From the NCBI GenBank assembly GCA_951406725.2, contig OX597837.1, forward strand, positions 4,340,001 through 4,404,000: 64,000 nucleotides of DNA, written 5' to 3'. The notes beneath the pieces were generated by a model. It saw only the letters and a program-made list of their open reading frames with translations, searched no databases and was not told where the DNA came from. Of this stretch, positions 63,167 through 64,000 are shown piece by piece (the stretch's first letter is position 1; each line of letters starts with the position of its first letter). This stretch comes from Octopus vulgaris (taxonomy: Eukaryota). The position numbers were made by a program, and so were the translations under genes.

Positions 63167-64000
63167 CAAACATACATACAGATATATATATATAAAATTT
63201 ATAATAATAGTCATAATAAACTCTAATTACAATAGAGGGCACACAATGTGCCTGCTTGCTAGAAAGAGAAGCCAAATCCTTAAGTAAACCACCGAATTAC
63301 ACTGAAATATCCAACTGTCAAACAGAAATCGGGCAAGTGAGTAATGATTATGAGAATCATAACAGAACAGAGCTGTGGAATGTAGAATTGGATATATTTG
63401 GATCAGGATTTCGAGTTGTGGCCCATTTTTGTTGGATTTAGCTTGAGGATTTAGCTTCTCTTTCCAGCAAGTAGGCGCATTTTGTGGCCTCTGAAACAAA
63501 TAAATAATATAAGAAAGAACCTGAACAATTCCTCTGACGGGTTCCCATAGTGCTTCCTTCTACCAAAATTCACGTAAATGTCTTTGGAGTACGGATGATC
63601 GAATCCCTATCGATCTAGCTGAGAGACCAACTTCTGTACATTCATAAAAGTATGATATTGAACGAAGACAATTATGAAGTACTATTGACTCGGTTATTAT
63701 TCTTTCTAATTAAAAACCCAGTGTTAATCAACTGTTCCGAGGAAAATACAACTTATTGTCGAATAAAGATTTGTTTAGTCCGATGTTATTGTCTTTCTTT
63801 TTCTTTTCTTTTATTTTGAATAATTAAAAAGGAGAATTCTTATGGCGTCACCAAAACATAAAATTTACAGCATAAATGAATATTTATATAATATCTCAGC
63901 GCAACTCAAAGGGGTGGGGGCGGCGAGGAAAAGAAAGAAAGTGAAACCCAGTATCATTCTTCAATACAAATGTCCTGTTAAGAAATGTAAATGAAGATGA

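Overview
AT-rich eukaryotic DNA dense in microsatellites and mobile elements. The repeat content looks like a cephalopod (Octopus-like) intron or intergenic region; this is an inference from repeat types only. No host protein-coding exon can be supported, and most ORFs in the track are translations of microsatellites. Real coding remnants are all transposon-derived: (1) a near full-length, degenerate L1/Tx1-clade non-LTR retrotransposon (27585-33655) sitting in an (ATCT)n array; (2) a 2.25-kb ORF1-only ('half-LINE') element (21223-23475) inserted into the tRNA-like head of a SINE with a 15-bp target duplication; (3) a third ORF1 relic; (4) Penelope-like RT/GIY-YIG, CR1/L2-type RT, R4/Dong-type RLE, Tc1 and mariner relics. 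There are at least four tRNA-derived SINE families, several short non-coding elements carrying minimal hammerhead ribozyme motifs, and a TIR element containing TTAGGG repeats flanked by a 91-bp direct repeat. The best candidate for an undescribed system is a Tx1-centred, target-specific retrotransposon group. It comprises the (ATCT)n-targeting LINE, the ORF1-only element that targets a SINE head, and a SINE that carries the Tx1 3' end and repeatedly sits at one fixed site within its own family's head. Repeat boundaries were read by eye and are approximate.
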